Shown: positions 15,421 to 27,300 of the stretch, one piece after another
How positions within the stretch are numbered: the stretch's first letter is position 1
Layout of the letters: each line of letters begins with the position of its first letter
Virus record (IMG/VR): IMGVR_UViG_3300017988_000514
Span: 1-30,220 of that record
Strand: one strand, 5' to 3'
Length of the DNA stretch: 30,220 nucleotides
Source: a virus
Taxonomy: Duplodnaviria > Caudoviricetes
Position numbers and translations under genes: made by a program
Notes under the pieces: generated by a model
Seen by the model: only the letters and a program-made list of their open reading frames with translations
Told to the model about the DNA's origin: nothing
The model's database searches: none

Positions 15421-18021
15421 TTATTTCACCGGCCCTGAATTATTTAGGAGAAAGTTGTGCGTATAGATGCGTTTGTTGGGTACCTCACCCGCAGCGTAAT
15501 TTTCACCACCGATGTAGAGTCGGGCTACACGACGTACACCCAATAAGGCAGTCTCAACAAGCATAGACCACCCCACCTTACCGTCGATATTTGTGAGTAC
15601 ATGCATACCCGAACGAATGGCGGGTGCCAACTGAGGAAGTTCACCCATGGGGAGACCATGTACCTTTACCCCTTCAATAGTTTCTAGGGTTGGAATGGGG
15701 GTGGACTCTGATACCACTACCGCTGCACCATTCTCAGCTTCGAAGCGATAGCAAACCTCATCACTAAAGTCCATCCACTGTACAGGAAGTTTCTTCTCAT
15801 CTTGGAAGTTGAGAATAGCATCGAGTTCTGTGCCAATCACTACCTCCGCGACCCTAAAATCAGGTAGAACATACATATCAATTGCGGGGCAACCTGAGGG
15901 GGTGGATGCAGAGCCTGACTGTGTGTAATCTGTAGTTGTAGTGTAACTACATGTTTGATTACTAGAATTATCTACAGCGTTAAACCCAAAGTAGTCACCT
16001 CCCGAATCCACCCAATATTGAGAAACAAAGGATGTCGTAAGTGTCTGCATATAACCAACAGTTCCTAAATAAGTAGCTGGAGCACTTACCATTGTTCCCG
16101 AACTGATTGTAGTTTGAGTTGACCCGGCAACCGGTTGTTTAAAGAAAGTACAAGTAACTGTGTCATTAGTTGTTGTAAACACTGAAGCTGCCAATGTGTA
16201 TCCCGGTAACCCTGATACGGTGGCAGTAGATACGGCCATTCCTACTGCCACTGGGGGAGAAGTAAATGAGGTTCCACTGGCTGTGATCGTTCCTACATCC
16301 TCGTTGATATAAGTGACCGAGTTTGTTACAAACGTGTTGCCACTTAAATAAGTAAGTGTCCCTGTAACTGATAGATTGACAGTAAGAGTTTGATTTGTAG
16401 TTACACTAGGTGCTGTAAAAGGAACATTCCACCCCGTCAACCACCCATTGGTATATGTTGGACTTGGAGTTCCAGTTGCAGTTGCGCCTACGACTGTGCA
16501 GGAACAAACAATACTGTTTCCTGTGTTATTGGAACCCTGCTGTTGAGGAGGAAAGCCTTCCGTTAATGCAATGGATAGGATGTAATCACTGCCATTCCCT
16601 ACAACAAGGGTTGGTGAAATTGAAGACACTTGTGGGTTGTTCATATAGAACACATCCATGTTAAAGGAAGTCCACCCTGTGCCCTGATAGGCTGAGAAGA
16701 GATCAAATGACTTGTTGGTACTGTTGTACCATGCAATGTCGTCAGCTTGAATCACCAAACTAGTTGAAAGAACCTGTGAACCATTTTGAATCGCATTGGC
16801 CGAGCCCCCGTTGTAATTCAACGTGAAATTTGTGCCATCATACCCAAGTGAAATCAACCCTTGATACGCTGTATTATCGGTAGAAGAAAGGGTAAACAAA
16901 CTACTTGAAGCCGCAGCCGCTTTGTCTACTGATTGCCCATTATAGGTTTGAAAAGTGAATGTTGGATTACTTGGATCATTGTACAAATTCAAAGTTCCAG
17001 TAGTTCCTTCAAACACAGGAATGTAGAATATAGTGGGGTACACAATACCTGAAACATTAACGGAGAGAGTAATTGGTTGCCCTGTTATTTGAAGGTTGGT
17101 TGCACCCCCAGCAGGAGTGATAGTTAAATTGCCAGTTGGGGTACTGGCGGCTGGGGCTGCAATCAGAGTTACAGGGGCAAGTTCCCCTGAACTTGAAGTG
17201 ATATGAAACACACGGCCACTATGATACCAGTAATCCCAATTACCTTCAATTGGATATACTCCAGCTTGTGAGAAAGTAACGGCGATGCTGCTAGTACCAA
17301 CATAACCGCCACCACCATTATTTTGTGGTGCAGGTAGAAGTGGAAAGCCGCCATTAACGGTCATAGTCTGACTGGCGGTTCCTGTGATAGTCCCTATACC
17401 TGACCATGTTGGCATGGCTCCAGTAGCTGAAGCACCAATTCCCCAGTTCACACCATCTTTATAGGTGACGGTAAGAGTGTAGGTTCCGGCAACTGGAACA
17501 AGAAGATTTCCGGTAATGATGCAGTTAAAGTTAGAACTATAGGGTGGAAAATCGATAACCCCTGTTTGTACTCCCAAGGAATTGAAGATTGACCATGAAG
17601 GATCATCCCCCGATGCATTGGCGATGTAAGCATCAAAGGCCAAAGAATTATTGGTCTGTGTAGCTAAAGCGGTATTAATGGTACGGTTTGTACCCCAGCC
17701 GGAGTCACTTGGATTCTTAAATGTGTATGCTGCCACCGGGCCTGAGGTTGGGGAATCGTTCCACGCGTAACAAGTAACAATGCTGCCGATTTGAATAGTG
17801 CCGTTACTTTGCTGCCAGTTTACTGAAGCAACGTTAGAGGTATAGTTGTTACCCGCAATAGAAGCTGATCCCTGAAGGGTATCCGAACCCCCTACGGTGC
17901 CGGTATAAGTAAGCGTGGCTGTACCTGCACCTGTGGTTGTGTCTACACCAACCGTAACAGGAATAGTCTGGGGGTTAGCTCCACCGATTACTACATTGAC
18001 TGTTTCGTACTGAGTTCCCAT
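15421..18021 (-). CDS. Virion-associated adhesin-like protein with a PA14-like domain and a C-terminal Hint (intein-like) domain (866 aa)
   Basis: PA14-like NFNCIITGNLLVPVAGTYTLTVTYKDG. The Hint domain begins at G|CPAIDMYV (Cys at 15889-15891) and ends ...ENYAAG...IYTHN (Asn at 15454-15456). GAGG SD. Confidence 0.75.
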   Translation of the reverse strand: MGTQYETVNVVIGGANPQTIPVTVGVDTTTGAGTATLTYTGTVGGSDTLQGSASIAGNNYTSNVASVNWQQSNGTIQIGSIVTCYAWNDSPTSGPVAAYTFKNPSDSGWGTNRTINTALATQTNNSLAFDAYIANASGDDPSWSIFNSLGVQTGVIDFPPYSSNFNCIITGNLLVPVAGTYTLTVTYKDGVNWGIGASATGAMPTWSGIGTITGTASQTMTVNGGFPLLPAPQNNGGGGYVGTSSIAVTFSQAGVYPIEGNWDYWYHSGRVFHITSSSGELAPVTLIAAPAASTPTGNLTITPAGGATNLQITGQPITLSVNVSGIVYPTIFYIPVFEGTTGTLNLYNDPSNPTFTFQTYNGQSVDKAAAASSSLFTLSSTDNTAYQGLISLGYDGTNFTLNYNGGSANAIQNGSQVLSTSLVIQADDIAWYNSTNKSFDLFSAYQGTGWTSFNMDVFYMNNPQVSSISPTLVVGNGSDYILSIALTEGFPPQQQGSNNTGNSIVCSCTVVGATATGTPSPTYTNGWLTGWNVPFTAPSVTTNQTLTVNLSVTGTLTYLSGNTFVTNSVTYINEDVGTITASGTSFTSPPVAVGMAVSTATVSGLPGYTLAASVFTTTNDTVTCTFFKQPVAGSTQTTISSGTMVSAPATYLGTVGYMQTLTTSFVSQYWVDSGGDYFGFNAVDNSSNQTCSYTTTTDYTQSGSASTPSGCPAIDMYVLPDFRVAEVVIGTELDAILNFQDEKKLPVQWMDFSDEVCYRFEAENGAAVVVSESTPIPTLETIEGVKVHGLPMGELPQLAPAIRSGMHVLTNIDGKVGWSMLVETALLGVRRVARLYIGGENYAAGEVPNKRIYTHNFLLNNSGPVK

Positions 18022-18030
18022 TTATACCTC

Positions 18031-21000
18031 TTAACCTACAACTTGTTGCGGAAACGCATTCGTGGCCGCAAGACGTAAGATACCATCGTTATATACCTTC
18101 CACTTGAAGGTTCCAGTAATTGATACACCAGAATCCACTACCGTAATTCCAAACACGTTATCCCCCATGCTTCCCGAGGCAAACGGCCCAGAAATACGGA
18201 TGTATGCAACCCCACCACTTAGAGAGTCTACACTTGCTGTAAACCCAGAATTTACTGAAATACCACTCAATAAAGTGGCAGAGTTTGTTGTAATTACTCC
18301 AGTGGCTACCACATAAAACGAGTGGTTTGAACGCGGGGAAATGGAATCCGTGTTACCCGCATCCACATACCCAAGGTAATTTGTTGAAGTGCTGTCTGTA
18401 TAGTCAATACCCGTTTGCAACATAAGACCACTTATTACTGCAACTGTAAATGTTGCTTCGGTATAAGCTCCATTGCTGGTGTCCGTTACCCGGAAGGTTA
18501 CAGGGTTGCTATACCCGGTTTGCGTTGTAACTCCATTAATATTTCCTGAACTAGAACCCAAAGAAAGTCCGCTCGGTAGTTGATTTGAGGAGGAAGGAGA
18601 AACCGACCATGAGTAGCTTCCTGAGCCCCCTGTCGCTGTCAATATCTGACTGAAGGAACGACCTGAGGTCACCTGATTGATGGAAGCTGTTGTAATGGAT
18701 AGCCCTGAGGGTTGAACAATTAAGTTCAAGGTCGCCTCTGCATTAGGGGCTAAGGGATAGGTGTCTCCTAAACTATCTGTTACTTTAAAAACTAAGTTGC
18801 TATTATAGGTAGCTCCGGTTGTACCTGAAATATACCCTGAAGAGGATAAAGAATATCCTGATGGAAGTGTTCCTGAAGCAAGGCTATACGTAAGCGGTGT
18901 GTTGTAACCTGAGGCCGTCAATTGGAACCCATAGCTTGCTGTGACCACACCCACTGGAAGGACTGTAGTTGTAATAGCAAGACTGGAGGTGGAGTTCAAT
19001 AAAACGAACGCCTGAGCCAAATTGCCGATGGAATCCACCACTTGAACTAGCACTGAATAATTACTAAGTAAAGTAGTAGAAGACCCGGAAATAAAGGCTG
19101 TTACTCCATTATCCGCAGTATTTCCATGCAGATAAAGTCCTGTTGGAAGTGGGTTTGGACTAGAGGGAGCAACCTGCCACGAGTTGGGGGTGGTGAATGT
19201 TCCATATACCTCAAGTAGTCCCTGATAAGCTGCACCACGATCCACCAATCCGACGCCAGAAGTGTCGATAAGCATCGTTGAAATGCCGGTTTGAAGTAGG
19301 TAGGTCTGAGAAGCTGTATGTCCGGCTCCTCCTACCGTATCCACCACACCAATAGTGATGCTTTGACTATAGCTGCTTACTGTGGTTACACCCGAGAAAA
19401 CTCCTGTTGTGGAATTGAAAGAAATTCCACTTGGAAGTGCTGGACCTGTTTGAGACCATGTATAAGGAGGCACACCGCCAATAGCTGACATCTGGAAAGA
19501 GTAACTCTGGCCGGGGATGATCTTTGGAAGACTGATTGTTGTGATTTGAACATTATTATTGATGGCGAGATTAAGAATCGCCGATGTTGTAACGCTACGA
19601 GAATCTGTAAGATCAATGATCAAGTTCTGATTATAAGAGCTATTAGTGGGAGTGCCTGAAAGCAGTCCTGCTGAATTCACTGTCATGCCAGTGGGTAAGG
19701 CTGGAGAACTAGAGTCTAATGACCAAGTATAGGGTGAGATGCCCCCAAATCCCTGAAGAATGAATCCAGTTCCATTGTACGGTTGACTGGTAACCGCTTT
19801 TGGTAATAAAGAAGTAAGAATAACCAATGGGTTGACATAACTAATAACCAAGCGATGGTAAAGAAAAGCACTTTGACCATTCTGGTTTATAATCCTAAAC
19901 CATAGATCAAAATATCCAGCTTCAGTTGGAGTGCCTGTGATGTTAACATATGCCCCTGTAGGATCGAGGGAGAGGGAAAGACCCAAAGGAAGGCGACCAT
20001 GATACACACTCGCAGCCGTTAGTTTCACAGAGGAGGAGGAGCTAATAGTAGAAGCATATGATACTTGTACGTTACCATCTACAACGTGATCAATAAGAGA
20101 GAAAGCATTTTGCTGTGTGTCCCATGTTATAGTTACTGTACCATGAACAACTCCTTGAATGTCATAGTACTCTATGACACTCTGATTGGTGGCAATTCCT
20201 ACCAAAGTACCATAAATAAGAGTAGTGTTTGTATCTAGGGATAGGCCGGGAGGGAGATTCGAACCTGCTTGTACCCGAGCATAAAGATTACTAGCTGTTG
20301 AAATAGAAGGGGAGTTGACCCATGGTTTAAGTGGATTCAATCCAACAAAATCCCCAACAATGTATGGGCGGGTGAAGCATTGAGTAGCTCCAATATCAGT
20401 TGTTCCACCATGAGATAGAAGCGTATACTCACGGGTGATGGTAGCCACCTGATTATTGCCCTGCAAAATTGGAAGCTGAATACTTATTTGACTATTCAAG
20501 GATGCTGAAGGTGGGCCGGATACGCTAACAACACCATCAGTTCCATCTACGGTCACGGTCAACCCATTGGATGTAATAGTACTGGAAGGATTGCTGATAC
20601 TATAACCGGAAAGGTCACCCAAAATAGGAAGAACCACTGTTGTAGTATCTTCAGTTCCCCAGTAATGATCAAATGTAAATGAATCCAGATGAATGTTGCT
20701 GATAGGAGCATCTGATTGATAGGTAAAAGTGTTTGTTAGGGAAGTGGCAGCACTATCTGTGACCTCAAGGGTAAAGTGATTTACTCCTGCCTTTTTGGGT
20801 GGCACATTTACAAGGATTTCAACTTGACCATCAACAAGAACAAAAACCTGAGAAGACGCTACTTCAATTTGAATAACCTTAGAGATGGTATTGTTTAGGC
20901 TATCTGTAGCTCGAAGACCCACTGTCCAAGAACCATAATTAGTGAGAGTGAAACTAAGGACATTACCAGACTGAATTGTGACTCCGGGAAGAGTTGTAAT

Positions 21001-21357
21001 AGAAGACAAGAGTGTCCATGTTACTGTTCCAGTCCCACCGCTGCTAACTAGAGGAAGGGTTTGAGCGGAAGGAAAACTAGCTGGTTCAAAGTCTTGAGAA
21101 TTGTTCAAAATCGTGAAGAGAGTGGGATCAACTACAAGAACAGTGATAATTGTATCTGCAATATTCAAAGCTGAATCAGTGACGATCACATGAAGCGTGT
21201 ATGTTCCGGGGCTCAAAGAAGTCGAGGTGATGGTCAACGTTGAACCTGTAATGTTGAATGACCCATTAGGCAGTGAAGTTTTTGGGTCAGAGGTGGGGGC
21301 GAGGAAGATGTAAGGTGCTACACCCCCGACTCCGACTAATGCTGTTGTAGTTGACAT
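18031..21357 (-). CDS. Ig-like (He_PIG-type) repeat protein, probable tail/virion fibre (1108 aa)
   Basis: Multiple repeats of the form ITT..LP......Y...L.A.GG..PY.WS.....LP.GL.L...G.ISGTPT. Confidence 0.85.
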   Translation of the reverse strand: MSTTTALVGVGGVAPYIFLAPTSDPKTSLPNGSFNITGSTLTITSTSLSPGTYTLHVIVTDSALNIADTIITVLVVDPTLFTILNNSQDFEPASFPSAQTLPLVSSGGTGTVTWTLLSSITTLPGVTIQSGNVLSFTLTNYGSWTVGLRATDSLNNTISKVIQIEVASSQVFVLVDGQVEILVNVPPKKAGVNHFTLEVTDSAATSLTNTFTYQSDAPISNIHLDSFTFDHYWGTEDTTTVVLPILGDLSGYSISNPSSTITSNGLTVTVDGTDGVVSVSGPPSASLNSQISIQLPILQGNNQVATITREYTLLSHGGTTDIGATQCFTRPYIVGDFVGLNPLKPWVNSPSISTASNLYARVQAGSNLPPGLSLDTNTTLIYGTLVGIATNQSVIEYYDIQGVVHGTVTITWDTQQNAFSLIDHVVDGNVQVSYASTISSSSSVKLTAASVYHGRLPLGLSLSLDPTGAYVNITGTPTEAGYFDLWFRIINQNGQSAFLYHRLVISYVNPLVILTSLLPKAVTSQPYNGTGFILQGFGGISPYTWSLDSSSPALPTGMTVNSAGLLSGTPTNSSYNQNLIIDLTDSRSVTTSAILNLAINNNVQITTISLPKIIPGQSYSFQMSAIGGVPPYTWSQTGPALPSGISFNSTTGVFSGVTTVSSYSQSITIGVVDTVGGAGHTASQTYLLQTGISTMLIDTSGVGLVDRGAAYQGLLEVYGTFTTPNSWQVAPSSPNPLPTGLYLHGNTADNGVTAFISGSSTTLLSNYSVLVQVVDSIGNLAQAFVLLNSTSSLAITTTVLPVGVVTASYGFQLTASGYNTPLTYSLASGTLPSGYSLSSSGYISGTTGATYNSNLVFKVTDSLGDTYPLAPNAEATLNLIVQPSGLSITTASINQVTSGRSFSQILTATGGSGSYSWSVSPSSSNQLPSGLSLGSSSGNINGVTTQTGYSNPVTFRVTDTSNGAYTEATFTVAVISGLMLQTGIDYTDSTSTNYLGYVDAGNTDSISPRSNHSFYVVATGVITTNSATLLSGISVNSGFTASVDSLSGGVAYIRISGPFASGSMGDNVFGITVVDSGVSITGTFKWKVYNDGILRLAATNAFPQQVVG

Positions 21358-21374
21358 CCGATTTCCTCTAACTT

Positions 21375-24300
21375 TTAGTGACTAACAATGTTTACATTCA
21401 ATGTTTGAACTGACGATGCGCTGTATCCTTCGCTATCGACAACTCGTAAGGCTACAGTAACTGAATAAGAGCTTACTGTGGGTGCTGATGCCTCATTCGT
21501 GGCTGTGACCGTATAGTACCCACTAGGAGTAAGGGTTTGATCAACATCCGCTATACTAGCGGATGTACTAGTTTCATTTAAGGCAAACGCTAGCACACGC
21601 TTAGTTGGTGAGTGTTGAATAAAGCTTCCAAGACCCCCGGCTATTGTTACCGAATCTACAAAATAACTATAAGGAGCGTGCCCTAATTGAGGGGTAGACA
21701 TATACTGGTTTGGAATAATAGAACCAATTTGCGGTTCCGTAGATGCGTTGACATTAATAGTCCACGTATAAGGAGCAAAGTTGACCATAATAGAAGTTTC
21801 TTGTTGAATGGTCACACTCAATGTTCCAGAAACATTTGTAGTATTCGACGCACTGTCCGTTACAGTTACCGTAACATTACACACATAAGGAGTGGTGCTA
21901 GGTGTGAATTGAGAAACGGTGATCTGCAACTGGGCACTGGACGTACCATTATTAATAGGAACAAACCGTGAATCGGACACTCCTGTAATGTTGTAAGTGT
22001 AGGGAGCATCACCCCCTGAAATTGTGATTGGCAACGAGAGGGTCTGAGTGACCGTATACTCACTAACCAAGACTGAGGACAAGGGGACCCAAGTTGCCAC
22101 AAGAGTTGGGTACACATCTGTGATAGTCAAAGTGTCCGTAAATGCCACATTGTTGAATGTAAGCGTATCAACCCCGGCTCCTGTTGGACGGTAGTCGTAG
22201 CTCATAATAAATCCATCCGCTGTAACATTACTGTTGCCCGTGGTGGGTTGCCCATTATACGTTGTTGATGGGGAACCTAAATAGGCCGTACCCAAGCTGT
22301 TTTGCAATAATGGTAAGGAGGCATCTCCCGGCTGGAACCCAACATACTGCACAGAAACAATGGCATTGTTATTGACCACTCGATATTGAGTGCCAATAGT
22401 GGCTTGAGCCCCCACATGGGCAGGAGAGATAATGGTCGCTGTCTGAGCATTTACTGCAAAATTGACTGTTACACTAGCTTGAGTACCATATGTTACTGAG
22501 GTAGCCGTGAAGGTGGTTGGGGTAGAGGTTACCACACCCGTGGGTGTTCCCTGCAAATACACCCGAGTACCCGGAGTTGAAGATAGAGTAATCCCAGCCG
22601 GAAGATCAGTTGCAGTCCAATTAGCAATAAGATCAGAATCTACGTAGTAAGTATTCGTGGGAATAGTACGATTGACATACACATAAGCTGGAATCGTGTT
22701 ATCCAGAATATGAGTAGGCTGCGTTGTAGACTGGGCAATCTTTACTGTAATGGTGGTTGGAACTGAGGCTACTCCATTTTTATCCGTCATTACAACCACC
22801 ACATTGTAACTTCCAGTAGTTGTTGTTGCAGATGAAAAGCCGGGTAGGTTACTGATAGGTACATTGGCGTATCCGGGGAGAGATGTTCCACTTTGAATAC
22901 TGGGGGTGTATGGTGCGGTGCCTCCTTCAGTTAACAAAGGATATGCCCAACCATATGTACCAATGGAGTTCGCTGTTAATGTATTTAAATCAAGGTTGAG
23001 TGCATCCGTGAATGTAATAGCAACAACCGGGCTACCCGTTCCGCCTCCACCCACTTTAAGACTGAATCTCTGAGCCGTACTGGCTGAAGTACTGGAGATT
23101 CCACTAAGTTGAAGCTCGAAGCTTGCTCCTCCATTAGTAGTAGGGGTCCCTTGTAAGAGAATCACACAATCGGCTCCAGTGGTGCTATACCAAGAATTAC
23201 CACTGGTGAACGTCATACCAGCAGGTAGAACTCCATTGATAATAGTGGCAGTTACTGGAGGGTTGGGTATATTGGACAACTGAATCGTGCCATTATTCAT
23301 GAGCACCATGCAATAAAATTGGTTAGCACCGGGAGTGTACGTTACTCCGGCAACAGGGTCAGGGAATCCACTAGCTAATGGTGTCATTGTCCAAAGGCTA
23401 GGAGTAGTGGGATGCCCATTTGTATTCAAGGTATAGGGGGCAAGGGTATATTGACCGGAGCCCTGTTGCTGACATGTAATATTCAACAACTTGGATGTGA
23501 TATGACCCACTGAATCAACGCAGGAAATGGTGACCTTAAACGTTCCATTTGCAGTCGGGGTAGCAACTAAAAGAGGACCGTAGCAAACGGCACCGGGGAG
23601 GGTATTACCTGCCGTTGGGTTTACGTAGAACTTATAGAGTTCATCGCTATCTAACCCTGAGGCGTCGGATGGAACCCCTCCTGTGGCTGTTAGTGTAATT
23701 GCAATATTGCTTGGATAACTAGCTGGATAGACAATTTCATCCGTATTTTCAATTGTTAAGGAACTTGGAGTCACTCCTCCGACTACTGATATTTGAGAGG
23801 GACTGGCAATTGCTAACCCTGTACCTATAATTCCATTGTCGATAAGGCCGTTCAAAACATAAGGTGAGCGACCGCCAAACACTGGAACTACGAGTTTAAA
23901 CTGTTCGTCAGTAACAATAGTGGGTTGATTAAGCACACCAAAAGAAAGTGAAGCTGGAGATAAAGTAATGCTATAATTCCTTGAAGCTTTTGCTCCCACC
24001 GCATCCGTAACCTGAACTGTGAAAGTAAAGGTTGTACTAAAATCTGTAGTTGAATTATAGGTACAAGGCACTCCTCCCAAAACCCCTGAATTTGGATCAA
24101 TGGTAAGACCAATAGGAGTAATTCCAGCCACGATTGCCCATGTGTATGGAGCAAGTCCACCTGTATTTACGATAACAATGGGCTGAGGACTACTTGGATT
24201 TGAATAATTCTCATAAGGGAGCCCTACAACGGCTGGAGGAAGGGACGAGGTGGTAATAAGTAAATCAGTTGGAATAATGAAACTCAGAGTAGTTTCCGCA

Positions 24301-27300
24301 ATATAGGCGGGGCTGCTGCTATCCATGACAGCGAAGGTTGTTGTAAAAGAACCAAGCTGTGTTGGGGTGCCGCTAATAGTGCCATCAACGTTAATCCGAA
24401 GACCCGGTGGCAGACCCTCTGCATACCAGCTATAGTTTGGATTACCCCCAGTCGCTTGCATTTTAAATTCCTGCATTGGCTTACCAATATAGGAATTGGA
24501 AGGCAGGGCGGTAGTGGTAATCGTCACTGGAGAAGACGAAGTTGCTGAATTGGTTTCGAGAAGATAAATTGGAGTAATAAGTTCCTTGGCATGGGGTCGC
24601 CCTGCAATTGGAAAAACATCCATTGCCATGGTACTGAGTAAGGAACTAGCATTCGCAAATCGCGAAGTTGCAACCATAAGCTTGAGTTCATTTGTAACAG
24701 TATCCCGAGCAATGGCTCGAACAACCACCTCATACGGTTGCGGGGCAACTGTAGTGGAGGTAGTGCCTGTGATTTCAAACCCGGACTCCCCACCAATACC
24801 CAAGGTGCCTGTTAAAGCCCCTTGAGCGGCTGCTGCGGGGTTATACTGCTGATCAATCACGAATATTTGTTGGGTCAATTGACGACGCAACTTAACTGGA
24901 GGATTGGCTGTGCCAAAGTCATTCTGTGTTTGAATGATGATATTCTGTGCTCCGGGGGATGTGAACACCTTTGCCACTGTACGCGTGTTAAGAGGTAGCC
25001 ATCCTGTGGAGGTATTATCTGGGAAGATGACTTGCCATGAATCTGAATCCACATAACTAGCATTCAAAGTGATGTTCAGTGTCTGACCCAAAAGCAGATT
25101 CGTATTATCGAACGTGACATTTGCTGCCAATAAAGTAGTTGGGAATGTGTGGCTAAAATCCCAAGGATTGGAATTAAGGGCGATGGTGTAGTCCGAGGAC
25201 TGGGCCACCATATTCATGGAGTAGTCCCCTGCACTTAATGTCTCTTCAAACACACGTGCCGATGCTGTACCACCATTCTCTAATCCATCATTGAAAATAG
25301 TAATGGGTGTGCCCGAACCCGGTGGGGTTTGAAGTGTGATGTTCCAACCTCTATATGCTGTGTAGACACCATTAACCGGATACGGTTGCCAATTCGTAGT
25401 AAGGTTGTAGGTCTCATCTACAACTGCAATGGTTGGAGAGGGTAGTAAATTACTTGCAGCTAAAATAGAGCTTGAAACAACGACCAATGGAATTGAATAT
25501 GCTGGACCATAATAACTTTGACCATAGACACTGTATACGGTATCGCCCACCTGTTGCACTTGAGCCGAGCCCGTGCCCGTAACTATGCGAACAGGAGTAG
25601 TTGCTGGGATTTCTTCCAGATACAAAATTGTTGGATTACCTGAAGTTCCCCATGAAATAATAAACGTAGTATTGTCAGGAACAGAAGAAACTGAGGAAAT
25701 GGGACTCGTAATTTGCAAAGGGATAGCAACCTGAGCCACTGTCATGGTGATTACGACACTATACCCTGTGGTGTACCCTGTTGCTGATGCTGCGACTACA
25801 AACTTGTAAGTGCCGGGTGTAAGAGCATTCCCAACGATTTGATTTTGACCATTGATATACAACCCATCCGGTGCTCCAAGTACCCCGCTTCCAAATACCG
25901 TGCCACCAATTAATTCAAAAGTAGCGGCTGATACTGGGTTACTCAATGGATCAGTTGCTGTCAATTGAATTGGGGTAATGTTGGTTCCAGTGGAAGAATT
26001 AATGGTGGAAGTAACCCCATTAACAGTCAGTTGTGGAAGACCAGTACACTCGCATAGAACCTGTGCATACCCTGTCCTGCTTCCCGTAGTAGCCGCAATC
26101 GTGATAATCCACTTTTGTCCAATAACAGCGTTGGATGGAAAGTGAAGAGTTACAGGGGTTGTAGGTGTGCCCGTATTGATAGACAGCCCTGTGTTAGTTA
26201 AGGTCGCCGTAGATTCAAGTGAGGAGGCACCCACTGCGTTTACAGTAAAAGTGATTGTTTCAGCAATATTGAATCCATCGGGAGAATACAAATTAAAAGT
26301 AGCTGTACCACCAGCCTGCCCAAGCGCATAATCATGAGCAGAAGTACCAGCCACTCCAATTTTGATGGCATTTGTACTCAACCATGAGGTGCCACTTTGA
26401 GCGACCGCCCAGCTACTAATGGAGGTAAGACCCCCTGAAACAGGGAGGCCATTGCCATCAAAGACCTGAAGGTTTATCTGAGCCGTGCCAGTACTTGTGA
26501 TGCTATACGTCGCCGATTTATTGGTGGTTATCCCACCCCCAGAGTTAAGCGTCAACGGACCGGTTGTAGACCAATGATAAGTCAACGGTAGGGCAATTGG
26601 AGTTCCCTGTGATTGCAATGTCCCGAGAAGATTATCAATCTGAGCATCCGCATGAAGTAGGCTGCTTCCAGTGTCGTAGTAGGCTCCCATAGCAAAGTCC
26701 AAAGTACCAGCCTGTTGAGACTGGGAACTAATGGAAAGCGTGAGAGTAAAGGCGCGTTGTGGAGTGTCATAGAAGGAACCGGGTTGATACGCAAGAATTG
26801 TAAGTGGAACAGCAACAGGAGATGAATTATAGTTTGGTAGGAGTTGCAGGCCACCTACAAGATCGGTCGTAGAGAATGGGGTATTCCCAAAGTGTGCGGG
26901 GGTTACACGCAGAACTAATTGGTCTTCATTCGAGGTGACAAACTCTAAACCAGAGGGAAGACCTATGGGTATGATGAAATTACAGTTACTTTGAGTGGTT
27001 CCATACAATCCAAACCCTTGAATGAGAACATCCGCAACAGCGGCGTCGTAGGAAGGAATAAGCAGGGTGGTTCCATTAACCACTGGATTGGACGCGTTTG
27101 CAGCAACATAAAAGGGTGTTTTCACTTCCATGAAAATTGGGAAGTTAACAACACTCACCCCATCTGTGCAGGAAACAAAGAACTCATAGGGGTCTTGCTG
27201 ATACTGTGCTCCTGAAAAAGTTATCGTGCAAATAGAATTAGAGATGCCCGAAGGAGTAATGGTAATCCAAGCCGGTGCCGTCCCACTTAACGTCCAAACT

